DNA of 64,000 nt from positions 124,001 to 188,000 of IMG/VR virus record IMGVR_UViG_3300043411_000942. The stretch is one strand, 5' to 3'. Numbering within the stretch: the first letter of the stretch is position 1; the number at the start of each line of letters is the position of its first letter. Made by a program: the position numbers and the translations under genes. This document shows, one piece after another, positions 45,898 to 56,418 of the stretch. The notes under the pieces were generated by a model. That model had not been told where the DNA came from, did not search any database, and saw only the letters and a program-made list of their open reading frames with translations.

Positions 45898-47144
45898 GTA
45901 AGATCGCTGCTACTACGGTAAAGTCTCAACCCAAAGACAAGTCTTCAGTGACTAGGGCGAATGTTCTAGGGGCTTTAGCCGCTATCAAGAAGATAACTGG
46001 GGCAACTCCAGTTGGGTCTACTACGGTTACGTTCCCCCATATCCCATCCAACATCATCCAGATAGACAACCTTTTGGGGGGCAGTCCACTACCAGACGGT
46101 AGTGGACTGACATGTCCAGGCTACGCAAGAGGTCGCATTATCGAGGTGTACGGTGCTGAGTCTAGCGGCAAGACTACCCTAGCTTTGGGGGCAATAGGGA
46201 ATGTGCGTAAGATGGGAGGCACGTCCATGTTCCTGGACTTCGAGAACTCCCTGCACCATGGGTACGCTCAGAAAGTCATTGGAGGTCCCTTCAACGATAC
46301 GGACACAATCTGCTATGCGCCTGACACGCTTGAAGATGGCTTCAAGATGCTGTACATCGCAATCAAGGCTGGATTCGACCTGATTGTTGTTGACTCTGTT
46401 GCGGCTATGATTCCGAAGAAGGAGCTGGACAAGAAGCTAGGGGATGTTGCGGCTATTGGCGCCCTCGCACGAGCTATGTCGGAGAATATCTCTAAGCTCG
46501 TTCAGTGGCAGAAGAAGGCCCCAAACACAGTGGTTATGCTGCTGAATCAGATTCGGTCTACGATTACATCCGGACCTGGGGACAACGAGACTACAGCTGG
46601 TGGAAAGGCAGTGAAGTTCTACGCAACTCACCGTCTCAAGCTCACTCGGATTCGTTCGGACATTATCGAGAGAGTCGATCTAAACACTGGCAAGAAGAAG
46701 AAGGTCCCATTCGGAAACGTCACCCTCGTGAAGGTGGTGAAAAACAAGCTGGACGGTAAGCAGGGACATACGGCTGAAGTCTTCATTCGGTACGGGTACG
46801 GGCTAGACGAGTTCATGTCCCTCATTGAGTGCGGCATCCCAAGGAAAATTATCCACAAGGATGGTGCTACTTACACCTACAATGGTGAGAAGTTCAAGGG
46901 TAAGGATCGACTGCGCAAGTACCTCATTGAGAACCCTAAAGCTGCTGCGGAGCTTCGCGCAAAGATCCACAAGGCCCTACTCCAGGAGAAACCTGAGGCG
47001 GCATCTCAGGAGGAAGACGTAGAGGATGACGACATCCAGTCTGACTCGACGGCTGGAATCTCTGATGATGACCAAGCGGATAGTGGCATTGACGAGGAAG
47101 CGCTAGATGTAGCTATGTCCGCAGAAGAGCTTCCTGAGGGCTAA
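45894..47144 (+). CDS. recA: RecA recombinase
   Basis: GRIIEVYGAESSGKTT, IVVDSVAAM, NQIR, TAGGKAVKFYA, KVVKNK. Confidence 0.94.
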   Translation: MSKIAATTVKSQPKDKSSVTRANVLGALAAIKKITGATPVGSTTVTFPHIPSNIIQIDNLLGGSPLPDGSGLTCPGYARGRIIEVYGAESSGKTTLALGAIGNVRKMGGTSMFLDFENSLHHGYAQKVIGGPFNDTDTICYAPDTLEDGFKMLYIAIKAGFDLIVVDSVAAMIPKKELDKKLGDVAAIGALARAMSENISKLVQWQKKAPNTVVMLLNQIRSTITSGPGDNETTAGGKAVKFYATHRLKLTRIRSDIIERVDLNTGKKKKVPFGNVTLVKVVKNKLDGKQGHTAEVFIRYGYGLDEFMSLIECGIPRKIIHKDGATYTYNGEKFKGKDRLRKYLIENPKAAAELRAKIHKALLQEKPEAASQEEDVEDDDIQSDSTAGISDDDQADSGIDEEALDVAMSAEELPEG

Positions 47145-48365
47145 ATGCTTGAAGTTGAGGTCAGAGGGTTTCAATCGATAGAGCATGTAAAGCTCCAGAT
47201 TGATGGATTTACCGCACTAACGGGTAGGTCTAACATAGGTAAGAGTGCGTTCGTGAGGGCTATGAAAGTGGCCCTCACGAACTCAGGTGGAGTTGCCTTT
47301 GTTCGACACGCTATCGATTGCGCAAGAGCGCTAAGAGGAGCCAAAACCTGTAAGTGTCAATCCTCTGTTCATATCGTAGGTGAAGGCTTCGACTTACTGT
47401 GGGAAAAGGGGGATGCCGTCAACCGGTATGTGTTCAATGGTAACACGTACGATAAACCGGGAGCTGGTACCCCAGATTTCCTTATGTCTAGTGGGTTTGC
47501 GCCTGTGAAGATAGGGGGTAACTCCGTACTGATTCAGGTGTCGGACCAATTTTACCCCATCTTCATGCTAGATCAGTCTGGCCCAGCAGCAGCAGAAGCT
47601 ATCTCTGATGTGGCTAGCCTAGGTAGGGTAAATAGTGCTCTACGACTTGTGGAAAAAGATCGTAGAGAGGCTCTCGCTACTCAAAAGGTGCGGGATAAGG
47701 ACCTAAAGGAGACCCAGGAGCACCTTACGCAATATGTCGACTTAGACCTAGGTTTGAGTTGTGTAGATGCTGTAGTTCAACAGCTCGCTACCGTAAGGGG
47801 GAAGCTCCGAGACCTAGATGAGGTGGATGGGTTCATCCTTGCCCTACAGGGCATCTCAGATAGGTTAAGGACCATATGGCGAATCAGCTCAGTGGTAACC
47901 CCAGAGTCCGAGTCCATCTCAGGTCCCCACCGTAGGCTGCTACAGATTCAGGAGTTTAACTCGGAGGTTGAGAAGCGAGAGGGTAGCCTAGCCAAACTCC
48001 TTCCCCTTCAGGGGCTACTGAACTCGACTAAGCTGGATGTTGACTTGACCCTTGGGCATAAGCAATTACGTCAACTTAGTAACTGGGTACTTCGACTTAA
48101 GGACCTCAAGTTGAAGTTTGCTAGTCTTGAGCGAGCTGGAACGACTTGGCAGGGGGTAGGTGCAGCCGACCTTAACCTCTCTGCCCTTAAGCAGCTCCAG
48201 CAATTTCAAGTGAAGTTGGCCAGCCTACAGAAGACTATTGCAGACATCGAAGCTCAAGTGTCTAACCTCGATCAAGTGGAGGTCGGGTTGCAGGCTGAGT
48301 TGGATGAAATAGGGGCGTGCCCAACCTGCCTACAAGCTATTCACGGAGAGCACCACCATGCCTAG
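47145..48365 (+). CDS. SbcC/Rad50-like ATPase, N-terminal half
   Basis: RGFQS, Walker A GRSNIGKS, Q loop, coiled coil, ends at CPTC hook. Confidence 0.82.
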   Translation: MLEVEVRGFQSIEHVKLQIDGFTALTGRSNIGKSAFVRAMKVALTNSGGVAFVRHAIDCARALRGAKTCKCQSSVHIVGEGFDLLWEKGDAVNRYVFNGNTYDKPGAGTPDFLMSSGFAPVKIGGNSVLIQVSDQFYPIFMLDQSGPAAAEAISDVASLGRVNSALRLVEKDRREALATQKVRDKDLKETQEHLTQYVDLDLGLSCVDAVVQQLATVRGKLRDLDEVDGFILALQGISDRLRTIWRISSVVTPESESISGPHRRLLQIQEFNSEVEKREGSLAKLLPLQGLLNSTKLDVDLTLGHKQLRQLSNWVLRLKDLKLKFASLERAGTTWQGVGAADLNLSALKQLQQFQVKLASLQKTIADIEAQVSNLDQVEVGLQAELDEIGACPTCLQAIHGEHHHA

Positions 48366-49335
48366 GGTTGCATTTGTATGTAGGACTGACACTCACTTGT
48401 CAGATCGAAGCCCCATTTCCTGGAAGGCCGACTACCCAATGGAGGTGTGGTCTAGCCTAGAGCAGGTAGGAGCCCTGGCTAAGAAGTGGGAAGCTAACGC
48501 TGTCCTGGATGCAGGGGATTACTTCCACGTAAAGGCTGCTACAAAGAATCCGCATCGACTAGTGGAGCGCTCTGCCAGGCTGCATCAAGGGTACTCATGT
48601 CCTACGTTCTGTGTGGAGGGTAATCACGACATAGCCTACAACAACCTTGATACGCTCGCGGATCAGCCGCTTGGGGTACTGTACGCCACGAAGGTGTTCC
48701 AGCACCTGCGGGAGGAAGTCTTCCGAGATGGGAACTTACAGGTCCGTGTGGTCGGGGTTCCCTACAGTCCGGTTCGTAAGCTGAGTGAGTTGTTGCAGAT
48801 CCAAAAAAAGCCTGGAGATACTCACCTTATTGCCGTAGTTCACACGCTAGCATCGAAGACCCCTCCACCTCAAGTCGAGGACTTCTGGAACGAGCCAGTC
48901 TTCTCCTACGAGTCTCTAGTGAGTAGGAATGGGCCAGATTGCTGGGTATTTGGGCATTGGCACAAGGATCAGGGTGTCGAAGAGATCTCAGGGGTAAAGT
49001 TCGTGAACAATGGTGCCCTATCGAGAGGTGCGCTCGTTCGAGAGAACCTAACTAGGATCCCTAAAGCCTCCATCATCGAGATCGATAACGGCAAGCTATC
49101 TGTCACGTCCTCTCTAATTTCCGTGGCGTCCGCTGAAGACGTGTTCGACTTGGAGCGAAAAGCTACTCAAGAGCGAGAACGTAAAGATATCGAGCAGTTT
49201 GTTCTACAGTTGATGATGAAGGGTGCTATTGACCCTACGTCTAGCATCGAGGAGAACATTCGAACGCTTGGTTTTGCAGATGAGGTTCGGGATGCTGCTC
49301 TACGCTACTTTGAACTTGTTGACACAGTGGGGTAA
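48358..49335 (+). CDS. SbcD/Mre11 metallophosphoesterase nuclease
   Basis: TDTH, AGDYF, GNHD, FGHWH. Confidence 0.88.
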   Translation: MPRVAFVCRTDTHLSDRSPISWKADYPMEVWSSLEQVGALAKKWEANAVLDAGDYFHVKAATKNPHRLVERSARLHQGYSCPTFCVEGNHDIAYNNLDTLADQPLGVLYATKVFQHLREEVFRDGNLQVRVVGVPYSPVRKLSELLQIQKKPGDTHLIAVVHTLASKTPPPQVEDFWNEPVFSYESLVSRNGPDCWVFGHWHKDQGVEEISGVKFVNNGALSRGALVRENLTRIPKASIIEIDNGKLSVTSSLISVASAEDVFDLERKATQERERKDIEQFVLQLMMKGAIDPTSSIEENIRTLGFADEVRDAALRYFELVDTVG

Positions 49336-49337
49336 TC

Positions 49338-50303
49338 GTGTACATTTCATACTCTGGTTACAAGTCTAACGAGCAGTGCCCGTTGTCCTACTGGCATCGG
49401 TATGTAAACAAGACGGTGCTAACTGCCCCAGATAACGGTGTGAATGCCCTCTACGGGATAATCATTGGCACGGTTTTCGAGATCTTCTATCGAGATCGAA
49501 TTTGGAAGCACGTCAACTACGTAGATAAGTTGCAGGATCTCGTTGAGCCCGTCTACCTTGAGTCCACAAAACCTCAAAAGGGTAGGATTATTGACTGGGG
49601 GGACGAGAGGTCGAACTATGCAAGTAAAGAGGCCTTACTAGTCGATGTTCGAGACTCTATCCCACGGGGCATAGACACTATCCGACGAAATAGGCTCGTT
49701 GGTAGGTATGCGGAGGCTGAGGTAAAGCTTGACACGAAGTTTGGGGAGCATCTTATTGGAGGTAGAGCTGACTTCCTAATCCAGAGGGTGGCTCCTGACG
49801 GTGACCTCGTGTTGCTTGACGGTAAGGGGTCAAAGCACAGAGATAAGTATGTCGATGGGCACGCTAAGAAAGCTGGAAAGCAAGTAGAGGGTGTGCAGCT
49901 CAAGTGGTACGCCTTCCTGCATAGAGCTAAGCTAAATAAGGTCCCTGACCAGCTAGGCTATGTCTTCTGGAGATTTGAGGGGGACGCTGCTATGGAGTGG
50001 ATCCCGTTCACCAAGTTCGATCTAGACCAGCTTCAACACGAGGTGTTGTCAACGGTCGACAGGGTGTCCGGGTCAATCCAGAAGCTTGCTAAGGTGAGCG
50101 GTAAGGCTCAAGAGCACTCGGAGTTGCTACAGGAGTTGTTCCCAGCTCAGCCAGGTTGGCACTGTTCGTTGTGTTCGTACCTTCCGGTGTGTGAGGAGGG
50201 TAAGAAAAAAGTAGCTTCCATTCAAAATCAACAACGAAAACCTAGGCCTACCATACCCCAGAGTGGTGTACTAGAGGATGGCCTGTCTTTAGATGAGGAG
50301 TGA
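49338..50303 (+). CDS. PD-(D/E)XK nuclease (RecB/Cas4-like)
   Basis: ISYS..QCP, GRADF, LLDGK, QLKWY, CSLCSYLPVC. Confidence 0.82.
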   Translation: MYISYSGYKSNEQCPLSYWHRYVNKTVLTAPDNGVNALYGIIIGTVFEIFYRDRIWKHVNYVDKLQDLVEPVYLESTKPQKGRIIDWGDERSNYASKEALLVDVRDSIPRGIDTIRRNRLVGRYAEAEVKLDTKFGEHLIGGRADFLIQRVAPDGDLVLLDGKGSKHRDKYVDGHAKKAGKQVEGVQLKWYAFLHRAKLNKVPDQLGYVFWRFEGDAAMEWIPFTKFDLDQLQHEVLSTVDRVSGSIQKLAKVSGKAQEHSELLQELFPAQPGWHCSLCSYLPVCEEGKKKVASIQNQQRKPRPTIPQSGVLEDGLSLDEE

Positions 50304-50306
50304 GTC

Positions 50307-50585
50307 ATGTTAGCACCCGATGAACTTGAGCGTAAAATTGCAGACCTTATCTCCAGGAACCAGCGGGTTCTTAAGCGTAAGACTGAGCTAGGGGGAGAGT
50401 TGAAGTCTAAGAAGGAGGAGCTGGCGAATCTCGTTGCAGAGATCAAAGCAGCTGGGTACAACCCCAAGACTTTGGTGGAGGACCGAGACAAAACGCAGCA
50501 GGAGCTAGAGACCCTAATGCTCTCCTTTGAGAAGGGGCTGGTTGAAGCTGAGACCACAATCGAGGATTACGACAAGAAGAAGTAG
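50307..50585 (+). CDS. small coiled-coil protein
   Basis: heptad-rich 92 aa. Confidence 0.7.
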   Translation: MLAPDELERKIADLISRNQRVLKRKTELGGELKSKKEELANLVAEIKAAGYNPKTLVEDRDKTQQELETLMLSFEKGLVEAETTIEDYDKKK

Positions 50586-50589
50586 TCCG

Positions 50590-51786
50590 ATGAAATTTGC
50601 AGCAAACATTGCAGACTTATTGGAAGCCGTTAGTCTCGTTGGCATTGTCACCCCAGCGAAGGACTCTGGCTATCTATTCAAGGTAGTGGGCGAGCGTTGC
50701 TACGTCTACTCCAGTGATAGTCTGTGTGTGGCAAGAGCTGAGTTCGCTGTAAGCTCTGACGCGGATGGGGAGTTTATCTACCCCGTTGCGAACATCGACG
50801 CCTTGCGTTTCCTCGGTAAGCATACCGTTAGGTTTGAGACCGTGGAGGAGGAGGGGAAGTTCATTGTACGCTACCAAGCGTCGAATGGGGCCAAGTCTGA
50901 GCGCACCACAAGGAACCCTAAATCCCTATCTACTTGCGACCAGGAGTTGCAAAAAGCAGAGGAAGCTTACACTGTCTCAGCTAAGGTGCTCCAAAAAGCC
51001 CTTGTGCTCAGCAAGCCATTCATGGGTAAGGACGCCCCACAGGAGAAGTTCAGGTCCATACGGTTGCATACAGACCTGGGTGACGGGTACCTTTGCGCCT
51101 CAGATGGGCAGAAGGCATCCTTCTTTTGGTCTGAGGCCTTTCAGGGTAAGGCCTTCTCCGTTCACCAGCTCCACCTAGACAATCTGATAGGGTTTCTGGC
51201 AAAGAGTCCTGGGGAGATTCAGGTCCTCTTTGGGGCCCAGTTTACCTTTGCTCGAAACACGAAAGGTCAAGTGTTTGGCTGGCCAAAGTACGCAAATGCG
51301 GATGGTATTTTCAGCACTTACGCTCTAGATATCGACTACTTTGTTCTTGGGGTTGATCGGCAGCAACTGTACGGGACTCTCCAGTATCTGAAGAAAGAGC
51401 TGGACTCCAATTACGAGAAGGTGCGGATAGTCTACTCTCACGAGCAATGTAACCTTGAGTTTGTGATTGCAGATGGGTCCTCTAAGATCAAGAGCCCCCC
51501 TACAGCCGTGAGGTTAAAGTCAAAACCGGACGGTGAGGTTTGGGCTCTACCTGAAAGTTGGTCTTTCGATATCAGCTTAGACCACCTCATGTCCTTGGTT
51601 AAAGATAACCTCAGCCCTGAAGTGGAGCTGCGAGTGTGGTGGTGTCAAGTAGCCGAAGCTCGAAAACCAACTGGGGTGTTTCGCACTATAGATGAGTTTC
51701 GATTGGACTCCAATGGAGAGTCAGTCCCTGACTCGGAAGGTTCCGTGCTATGTCGAGTCATACGATTCATGTCCTCCCGAATGTAG
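50590..51786 (+). CDS. putative divergent DNA sliding clamp (beta-like)
   Basis: ~398 aa, MKF...DLLEAV, LCASDG, in replisome context. Confidence 0.55.
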   Translation: MKFAANIADLLEAVSLVGIVTPAKDSGYLFKVVGERCYVYSSDSLCVARAEFAVSSDADGEFIYPVANIDALRFLGKHTVRFETVEEEGKFIVRYQASNGAKSERTTRNPKSLSTCDQELQKAEEAYTVSAKVLQKALVLSKPFMGKDAPQEKFRSIRLHTDLGDGYLCASDGQKASFFWSEAFQGKAFSVHQLHLDNLIGFLAKSPGEIQVLFGAQFTFARNTKGQVFGWPKYANADGIFSTYALDIDYFVLGVDRQQLYGTLQYLKKELDSNYEKVRIVYSHEQCNLEFVIADGSSKIKSPPTAVRLKSKPDGEVWALPESWSFDISLDHLMSLVKDNLSPEVELRVWWCQVAEARKPTGVFRTIDEFRLDSNGESVPDSEGSVLCRVIRFMSSRM

Positions 51787-52448
51787 ACGATCTAACCTTG
51801 CGTGTTCGTGCCCTACAGGACAAGGCGTTACGAGCTAAGACCATTCGAGACCAGCTGGTCACTACCGCGACTGCCAGAGAACTTGAGATCCTAGAGCTGA
51901 AAAAGAAGCAGGACATCCTAGTGAAGGTGTCCGAGCTGTACCGAACCCTTATGGATCGACTCGTCCTGCATCAGGTGAAGATGACAGAGGACATCGTTAC
52001 AGAGGGGTTGAAGGCTATCTTTTTCGATCAAGACCTCAAGTTTAAGGCCGAAGTAACGTCCAAGTACAACAAGATAAGCGTTGAGTTCCTTATCTGTATC
52101 GGGGATCCGGACAATGGTGGGTTTGTAGGTGCCCCATTGGAGTCCTTTGGGGGTGGTCCTGCTACGGTTGCCAGTCTCATTCTCCGTATCTTGACGCTTT
52201 TACGTCTCAAACGACAGAAGTTACTGTTACTAGATGAGACGCTTGCTGCGATATCGGATGAGTACATAGAGCCGACTGCTCAGTTCCTATCTAAGCTTGC
52301 AGGTGCAAGTGGATTGAATCTACTCTTAATTGCACACAAAGCTGCTTGGTCGGACTATGCCAATAGCAGCTACCACGGGGATCTTAAGGCTGAGGTTGGC
52401 TCTAAGCCGAAACTCCACCTCAAAAAAGTACGAGGCCCTACGTGTTAA
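51750..52448 (+). CDS. SbcC/Rad50-like ATPase, C-terminal half
   Basis: coiled coil, signature-like SFGGG, Walker B LLLLDE, H loop LIAH. Confidence 0.8.
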   Translation: MSSHTIHVLPNVDDLTLRVRALQDKALRAKTIRDQLVTTATARELEILELKKKQDILVKVSELYRTLMDRLVLHQVKMTEDIVTEGLKAIFFDQDLKFKAEVTSKYNKISVEFLICIGDPDNGGFVGAPLESFGGGPATVASLILRILTLLRLKRQKLLLLDETLAAISDEYIEPTAQFLSKLAGASGLNLLLIAHKAAWSDYANSSYHGDLKAEVGSKPKLHLKKVRGPTC

Positions 52449-53116
52449 AGGTGCAGGTCGAACATAGGTTGAGTGAGTTACTAGCTAGTGCTCGTAATAG
52501 CTACATTGCAGAGTTTACCGAGTGCTTACCTCACCACTGTGTGCACAACTACAGGCACTCCTTAGATCAACGAAAGCTGATTGGGTCAGAGGCTAACCCT
52601 GATTACAATCGGGTTACGTCATCGAAGCGCAGCTTGCCCGTCCTCCAAACAATTGGGCTGTGCATGTTAGGGTCCGACGATCCTGAGAGTTGGAGTGGGA
52701 CTATCTGTGAGGAGCCTCTTGACGCCAAGCGTTGTGGTGACTTCACTTTAGCTCGCTCAGAGAGTGAACTTTTAGGTGAATTCGAGGCGTTGCTTCAGGA
52801 CGATTCTTGGGTGGAGTTGAATCTCCCTCAGGTTCATACCCTACGTTGGGTCCTCTCACTGGAGGGTGGTGCCGACCCTAGCCCGATCCTCGTAGAGGCG
52901 CCACAGGCCACAGTAGAAGCGTCACAGGCCTCAGTTCTGTTCCCTTGTTGCCACTGTGGGGTACCCCTTGAAAACGAGTGGTCCCCTACCTCCTGCTGTC
53001 CCTCCTGCGACAAGACCCCAGAAGCGCTGCCGACTCTTGTAGAGACGTTGCCCCTCGTACCAGTAAGGGTCACCCTATGGGGTCGAATACTTCAATGGTT
53101 TCGGAGCTTTCGCTAG
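52442..53116 (+). CDS. Cys-rich hypothetical protein
   Basis: operon-coupled ORF. Confidence 0.65.
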   Translation: MLKVQVEHRLSELLASARNSYIAEFTECLPHHCVHNYRHSLDQRKLIGSEANPDYNRVTSSKRSLPVLQTIGLCMLGSDDPESWSGTICEEPLDAKRCGDFTLARSESELLGEFEALLQDDSWVELNLPQVHTLRWVLSLEGGADPSPILVEAPQATVEASQASVLFPCCHCGVPLENEWSPTSCCPSCDKTPEALPTLVETLPLVPVRVTLWGRILQWFRSFR

Positions 53117-53701
53117 ATGCTATCTATCCTATCGCAGTTACTCGTTCCTGATCGACATCGACCTAAGTCTGCAAAGGTGGGCTTAGCAGTGCCGATGATG
53201 ATTGAGTTGCCAGGGGTAAGTACAGCCAAACAGGCGCTTGCTACGAATACGAGGGGGGACTTCGTTCAAACTCGTAGGACGGCAGATGGTACTTTACGTC
53301 TAGGGTTGTTCGATTGCCCCTTGGAGGACGAACCCAAGGTACTAGCTAAGCTTTTCCGAACCCTTCAGAGGGAGGCTAAGTTAGAGGGATGGAAGACGTG
53401 CCACCCTGACTTGGTTTCAGCTCTGAGTAAGATGCGGGAGGTTGGTACGACCCCTAAGTCCGTGGTACTGGCTAGTGATCTAGCGAAAGCTGTCACAAAC
53501 CATGAGCTAAAGGAGGGGGAGACTTTGACCTTGAGTGGGTTGAATGTAATCACCACGAACGGATTAGTGGACGGTCAGGCTATGGTGGCAGCTAACCCTA
53601 CAGCTCTTGGGGTTTATGTGCGCATTGGAGACCAGCTTGGTATCCAATTGTACGATGTTCAACATAACCTCTACCTTGTTGACCCTAGCTATGTGGGTTG
53701 A
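53117..53701 (+). CDS. hypothetical protein
   Basis: operon-coupled ORF. Confidence 0.65.
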   Translation: MLSILSQLLVPDRHRPKSAKVGLAVPMMIELPGVSTAKQALATNTRGDFVQTRRTADGTLRLGLFDCPLEDEPKVLAKLFRTLQREAKLEGWKTCHPDLVSALSKMREVGTTPKSVVLASDLAKAVTNHELKEGETLTLSGLNVITTNGLVDGQAMVAANPTALGVYVRIGDQLGIQLYDVQHNLYLVDPSYVG

Positions 53702-54386
53702 TACGTTTACAGCTCACACTCACGAGCTACTCCTTACCTCAGAGCCTGTTCTGGAGTTTCTTTGGGGTAGAGGAGTCTCTAACGATCAGATTGAATCGTT
53801 CAATCTCGGGTACTTTGATGGAGAGTTACCTCCAGCTCAGTACTCCAGCGAGTTCCTAGATTGGGCTAAGGGTGGCCTAAAGCTCAGGCAGACCCTCGTT
53901 TTCCCTTTGACGAATGCGCTAGGCAGTGTAAGAGGAGTTCAAGTACGAGCCTTGGACCGTAGCAAGTACTCTGACTTCTTCTTGACTAGCTCTGAGCCGG
54001 TACTATTCGGACTGGGGCAGGCAATGCCCCATATTTGGAAGGACGAGTCTACGATAGTCGTAGAGGGGGTGTTCGATTTATTCCCTGTCCAAAGAGTCAA
54101 CCCCACGGTTGTATCCACCTTAACTGCAAAAGTCAGTGAGTCTTTTGCTCGCACGCTAAAACGAGTCGCTCACACCATTTACCCGTTCTACGATTCGGAC
54201 GCGAAGGGTAGACATGGTGTAGAGGCTATACGCACCAAGTACGGTAGAGACCTTACTGTACGCCCTATCGAATACCCACTAGGCCTAAAGCTAATTGATG
54301 GTACCCCCATCAAAGATCCTGGTAACCTGTGGGAAGCCTTGGGTGATGAACGTTTCGCTCAATTTTTGACCCAACAACTGGAGTAA
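53691..54386 (+). CDS. DnaG-like primase core (Toprim), no Zn-binding domain
   Basis: FLWGRG..FNLGY, LVFP, VVEGVFD, YDSDAKG, KDP. Confidence 0.82.
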   Translation: MWVDTFTAHTHELLLTSEPVLEFLWGRGVSNDQIESFNLGYFDGELPPAQYSSEFLDWAKGGLKLRQTLVFPLTNALGSVRGVQVRALDRSKYSDFFLTSSEPVLFGLGQAMPHIWKDESTIVVEGVFDLFPVQRVNPTVVSTLTAKVSESFARTLKRVAHTIYPFYDSDAKGRHGVEAIRTKYGRDLTVRPIEYPLGLKLIDGTPIKDPGNLWEALGDERFAQFLTQQLE

Positions 54387-54389
54387 GTT

Positions 54390-54875
54390 ATGCAAGTGTA
54401 CGCTGAGGCTGAGGCTGTTCAGGCCATCGCAAACGACCTAATCGCCACCTACCATCCAACCCTGGCTACGGCCAAGTTCAGGTTCCTCTTCAAGGAGAAG
54501 GCCTCGAAGAAGGGTGGTAAGGTTCAACCTGGGTCAGTGAAAAAACTCTCTGACCAGATGCTCTTCCTGATTGACGCCAACTTCCTAATGGAGATCCCTC
54601 TTGAGACATGGAATGAGATGGATGCCACGAAGCGAGTAGCTCTCATCGACCACCTACTGGAGCGCTGCGTAGGTGAGGAGGATGAAGATGGCGGTGGGGA
54701 TATGAAGTGGTCTGTTCGAGAGCCAGACGTAAATGAGTTTGCTACAATCCTTCGTAGGTATGGGGCTTGGCACGATGACCTTGCCGCCTTTGTGTCTGTT
54801 GGGCAATCCATTGACTTGGGGTACCTAACTGAAGTAGAGTCAAGTACTGAGACCGTGCAAACCACCACAAACTAA
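54390..54875 (+). CDS. phage metallopeptidase-like protein (degenerate motif)
   Basis: ALIDHLLERC, PDVNEF.TILRRYG. Confidence 0.65.
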   Translation: MQVYAEAEAVQAIANDLIATYHPTLATAKFRFLFKEKASKKGGKVQPGSVKKLSDQMLFLIDANFLMEIPLETWNEMDATKRVALIDHLLERCVGEEDEDGGGDMKWSVREPDVNEFATILRRYGAWHDDLAAFVSVGQSIDLGYLTEVESSTETVQTTTN

Positions 54876-54966
54876 AGTTTGCTGGGTAAGCTCGCTAAGA
54901 CAGGAGAGGGAAAGACTACTTCCCCTCTCCTGTCGTCTATGGTAGTAAAGACTTGAGGGGTGAATT

Positions 54967-56418
54967 GTGTGGGATACTCGATATCGTCCACTAGTATTCT
55001 CTGATGTGCTGGGCCAGCAAGGCACAGTGCAGGTGCTTAGAGCTAGGTTAGCCAATGATACAGCTTTGGATACGAGTTACCTCTTCTCCGGGGCTTCTGG
55101 TCAGGGGAAAACCACTCTTGGTCGTATCTTAGCTCGGGCGTTACTTTGCACCCACCTGGACAAGTCTCTCCCAGACCCCTGCAATGCTTGCCCTAATTGC
55201 GTAGCTTGCCTCGAAGACACCTCGTCTGCGTTTGTCGAGAAAGACGCTGCGAACCAGGGCACCACTGAGCACATTCGAAAAATTGTCGAGGACCTACCCT
55301 TCGCTGTGTTCGGCGCCAGAAAGAGGGTTTACCTCTTTGATGAGTGTCATCGCATGAGTCTAGCTGCCCAAGACGGCCTATTGAAGCCTATTGAGGAGAA
55401 GCAGCTTGTAAGTATTCTTTGCACTACCGAGCCTGAAAAGGTTCGACACGCCATTCGTGCTAGGTGTGAAGAGTATGCGATTCGGAGAATCACCAGAGAA
55501 GACATCCTAGGTAGGATGGTGTCTATCCTTCAATCGGAGAAGGTGGACTACGAGGAAGATGCAGTTCTTACCGTGATCGACTTCGCTGGGGGACACGTTC
55601 GAGATGTGTTGAATCGTCTAGAGATGCTAGCGCAAGTTGGGGCAATCACTGTAAGCAGTGCTCGGGCCCATTTGAACTTGTCAGCAGTCACTACCTACTA
55701 CAAGATCCTACTTAGCTTGGTCTCCAATACGCAAGAAGCTCTGGATCTACTAGACTCGCTAGGTGATACAAGTACTCCGGACGAGGTTGCTTCAGGTTTG
55801 ACCGAAGCCGCAATGAACTCCTATCGTTTGGCTATGGGGATGTGTGCTAACTTTAGGTACGCTGACAAGAATCTTGGCTCACGGGTATTCGAAAGTTATG
55901 GTGGTAGTGGGTTAATTGAGTTGGTTAGGGTGCTCACCTCCACGAAGTACTCGACACAAAATGGGCTTGTTTGCGACCTAGTGATCCTCGCTGATAAGTT
56001 GAGTTCGACCGCTCAAGCGCCTGTCCAGGTTCAGATTCAGAGTCCAATCCCGGCCCCTCCTCAGGTCCAGGCGGCCCCTCAGGTCACTGTTCCTGTTGCT
56101 GCCCCTCAGACCCCTACCCCTGCTCCTCAGGTCACTGCTCCTACTCCTGCTCCCGCCCCTCAGGTCCAGGCTCCTGTCACCCAGGATAAAGCCCCTACTC
56201 TGAGCTTCGTACCTCAACCCCCCTTAGGGGATTTAGGGTCTAACGACGTTTGCGCATTGACAGAAGTAGATTCTAAGGCAATGCCTACCGAGAAACCTGG
56301 AGTGGGTCGGATACGAAAACCACTCATCTTTGAAAAGCGAGGTGACAACAATGCCCCTATCCCTCCTAGTACATGGAGAAAGCACTTTGAGGCTCTTTGG
56401 GGCAGGAGACCTAAGTGA
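54967..56418 (+). CDS. dnaX: DNA polymerase III gamma/tau
   Basis: RYRP..FSDVLGQ, GQGKTT, PCNACPNC, FDECH, IRARC. Confidence 0.9.
   Translation: MWDTRYRPLVFSDVLGQQGTVQVLRARLANDTALDTSYLFSGASGQGKTTLGRILARALLCTHLDKSLPDPCNACPNCVACLEDTSSAFVEKDAANQGTTEHIRKIVEDLPFAVFGARKRVYLFDECHRMSLAAQDGLLKPIEEKQLVSILCTTEPEKVRHAIRARCEEYAIRRITREDILGRMVSILQSEKVDYEEDAVLTVIDFAGGHVRDVLNRLEMLAQVGAITVSSARAHLNLSAVTTYYKILLSLVSNTQEALDLLDSLGDTSTPDEVASGLTEAAMNSYRLAMGMCANFRYADKNLGSRVFESYGGSGLIELVRVLTSTKYSTQNGLVCDLVILADKLSSTAQAPVQVQIQSPIPAPPQVQAAPQVTVPVAAPQTPTPAPQVTAPTPAPAPQVQAPVTQDKAPTLSFVPQPPLGDLGSNDVCALTEVDSKAMPTEKPGVGRIRKPLIFEKRGDNNAPIPPSTWRKHFEALWGRRPK

Noticed and set aside
49338-50303. Cas4 / CRISPR system
   Set aside because: No repeat-spacer array or other cas genes; context is recombination and repair.
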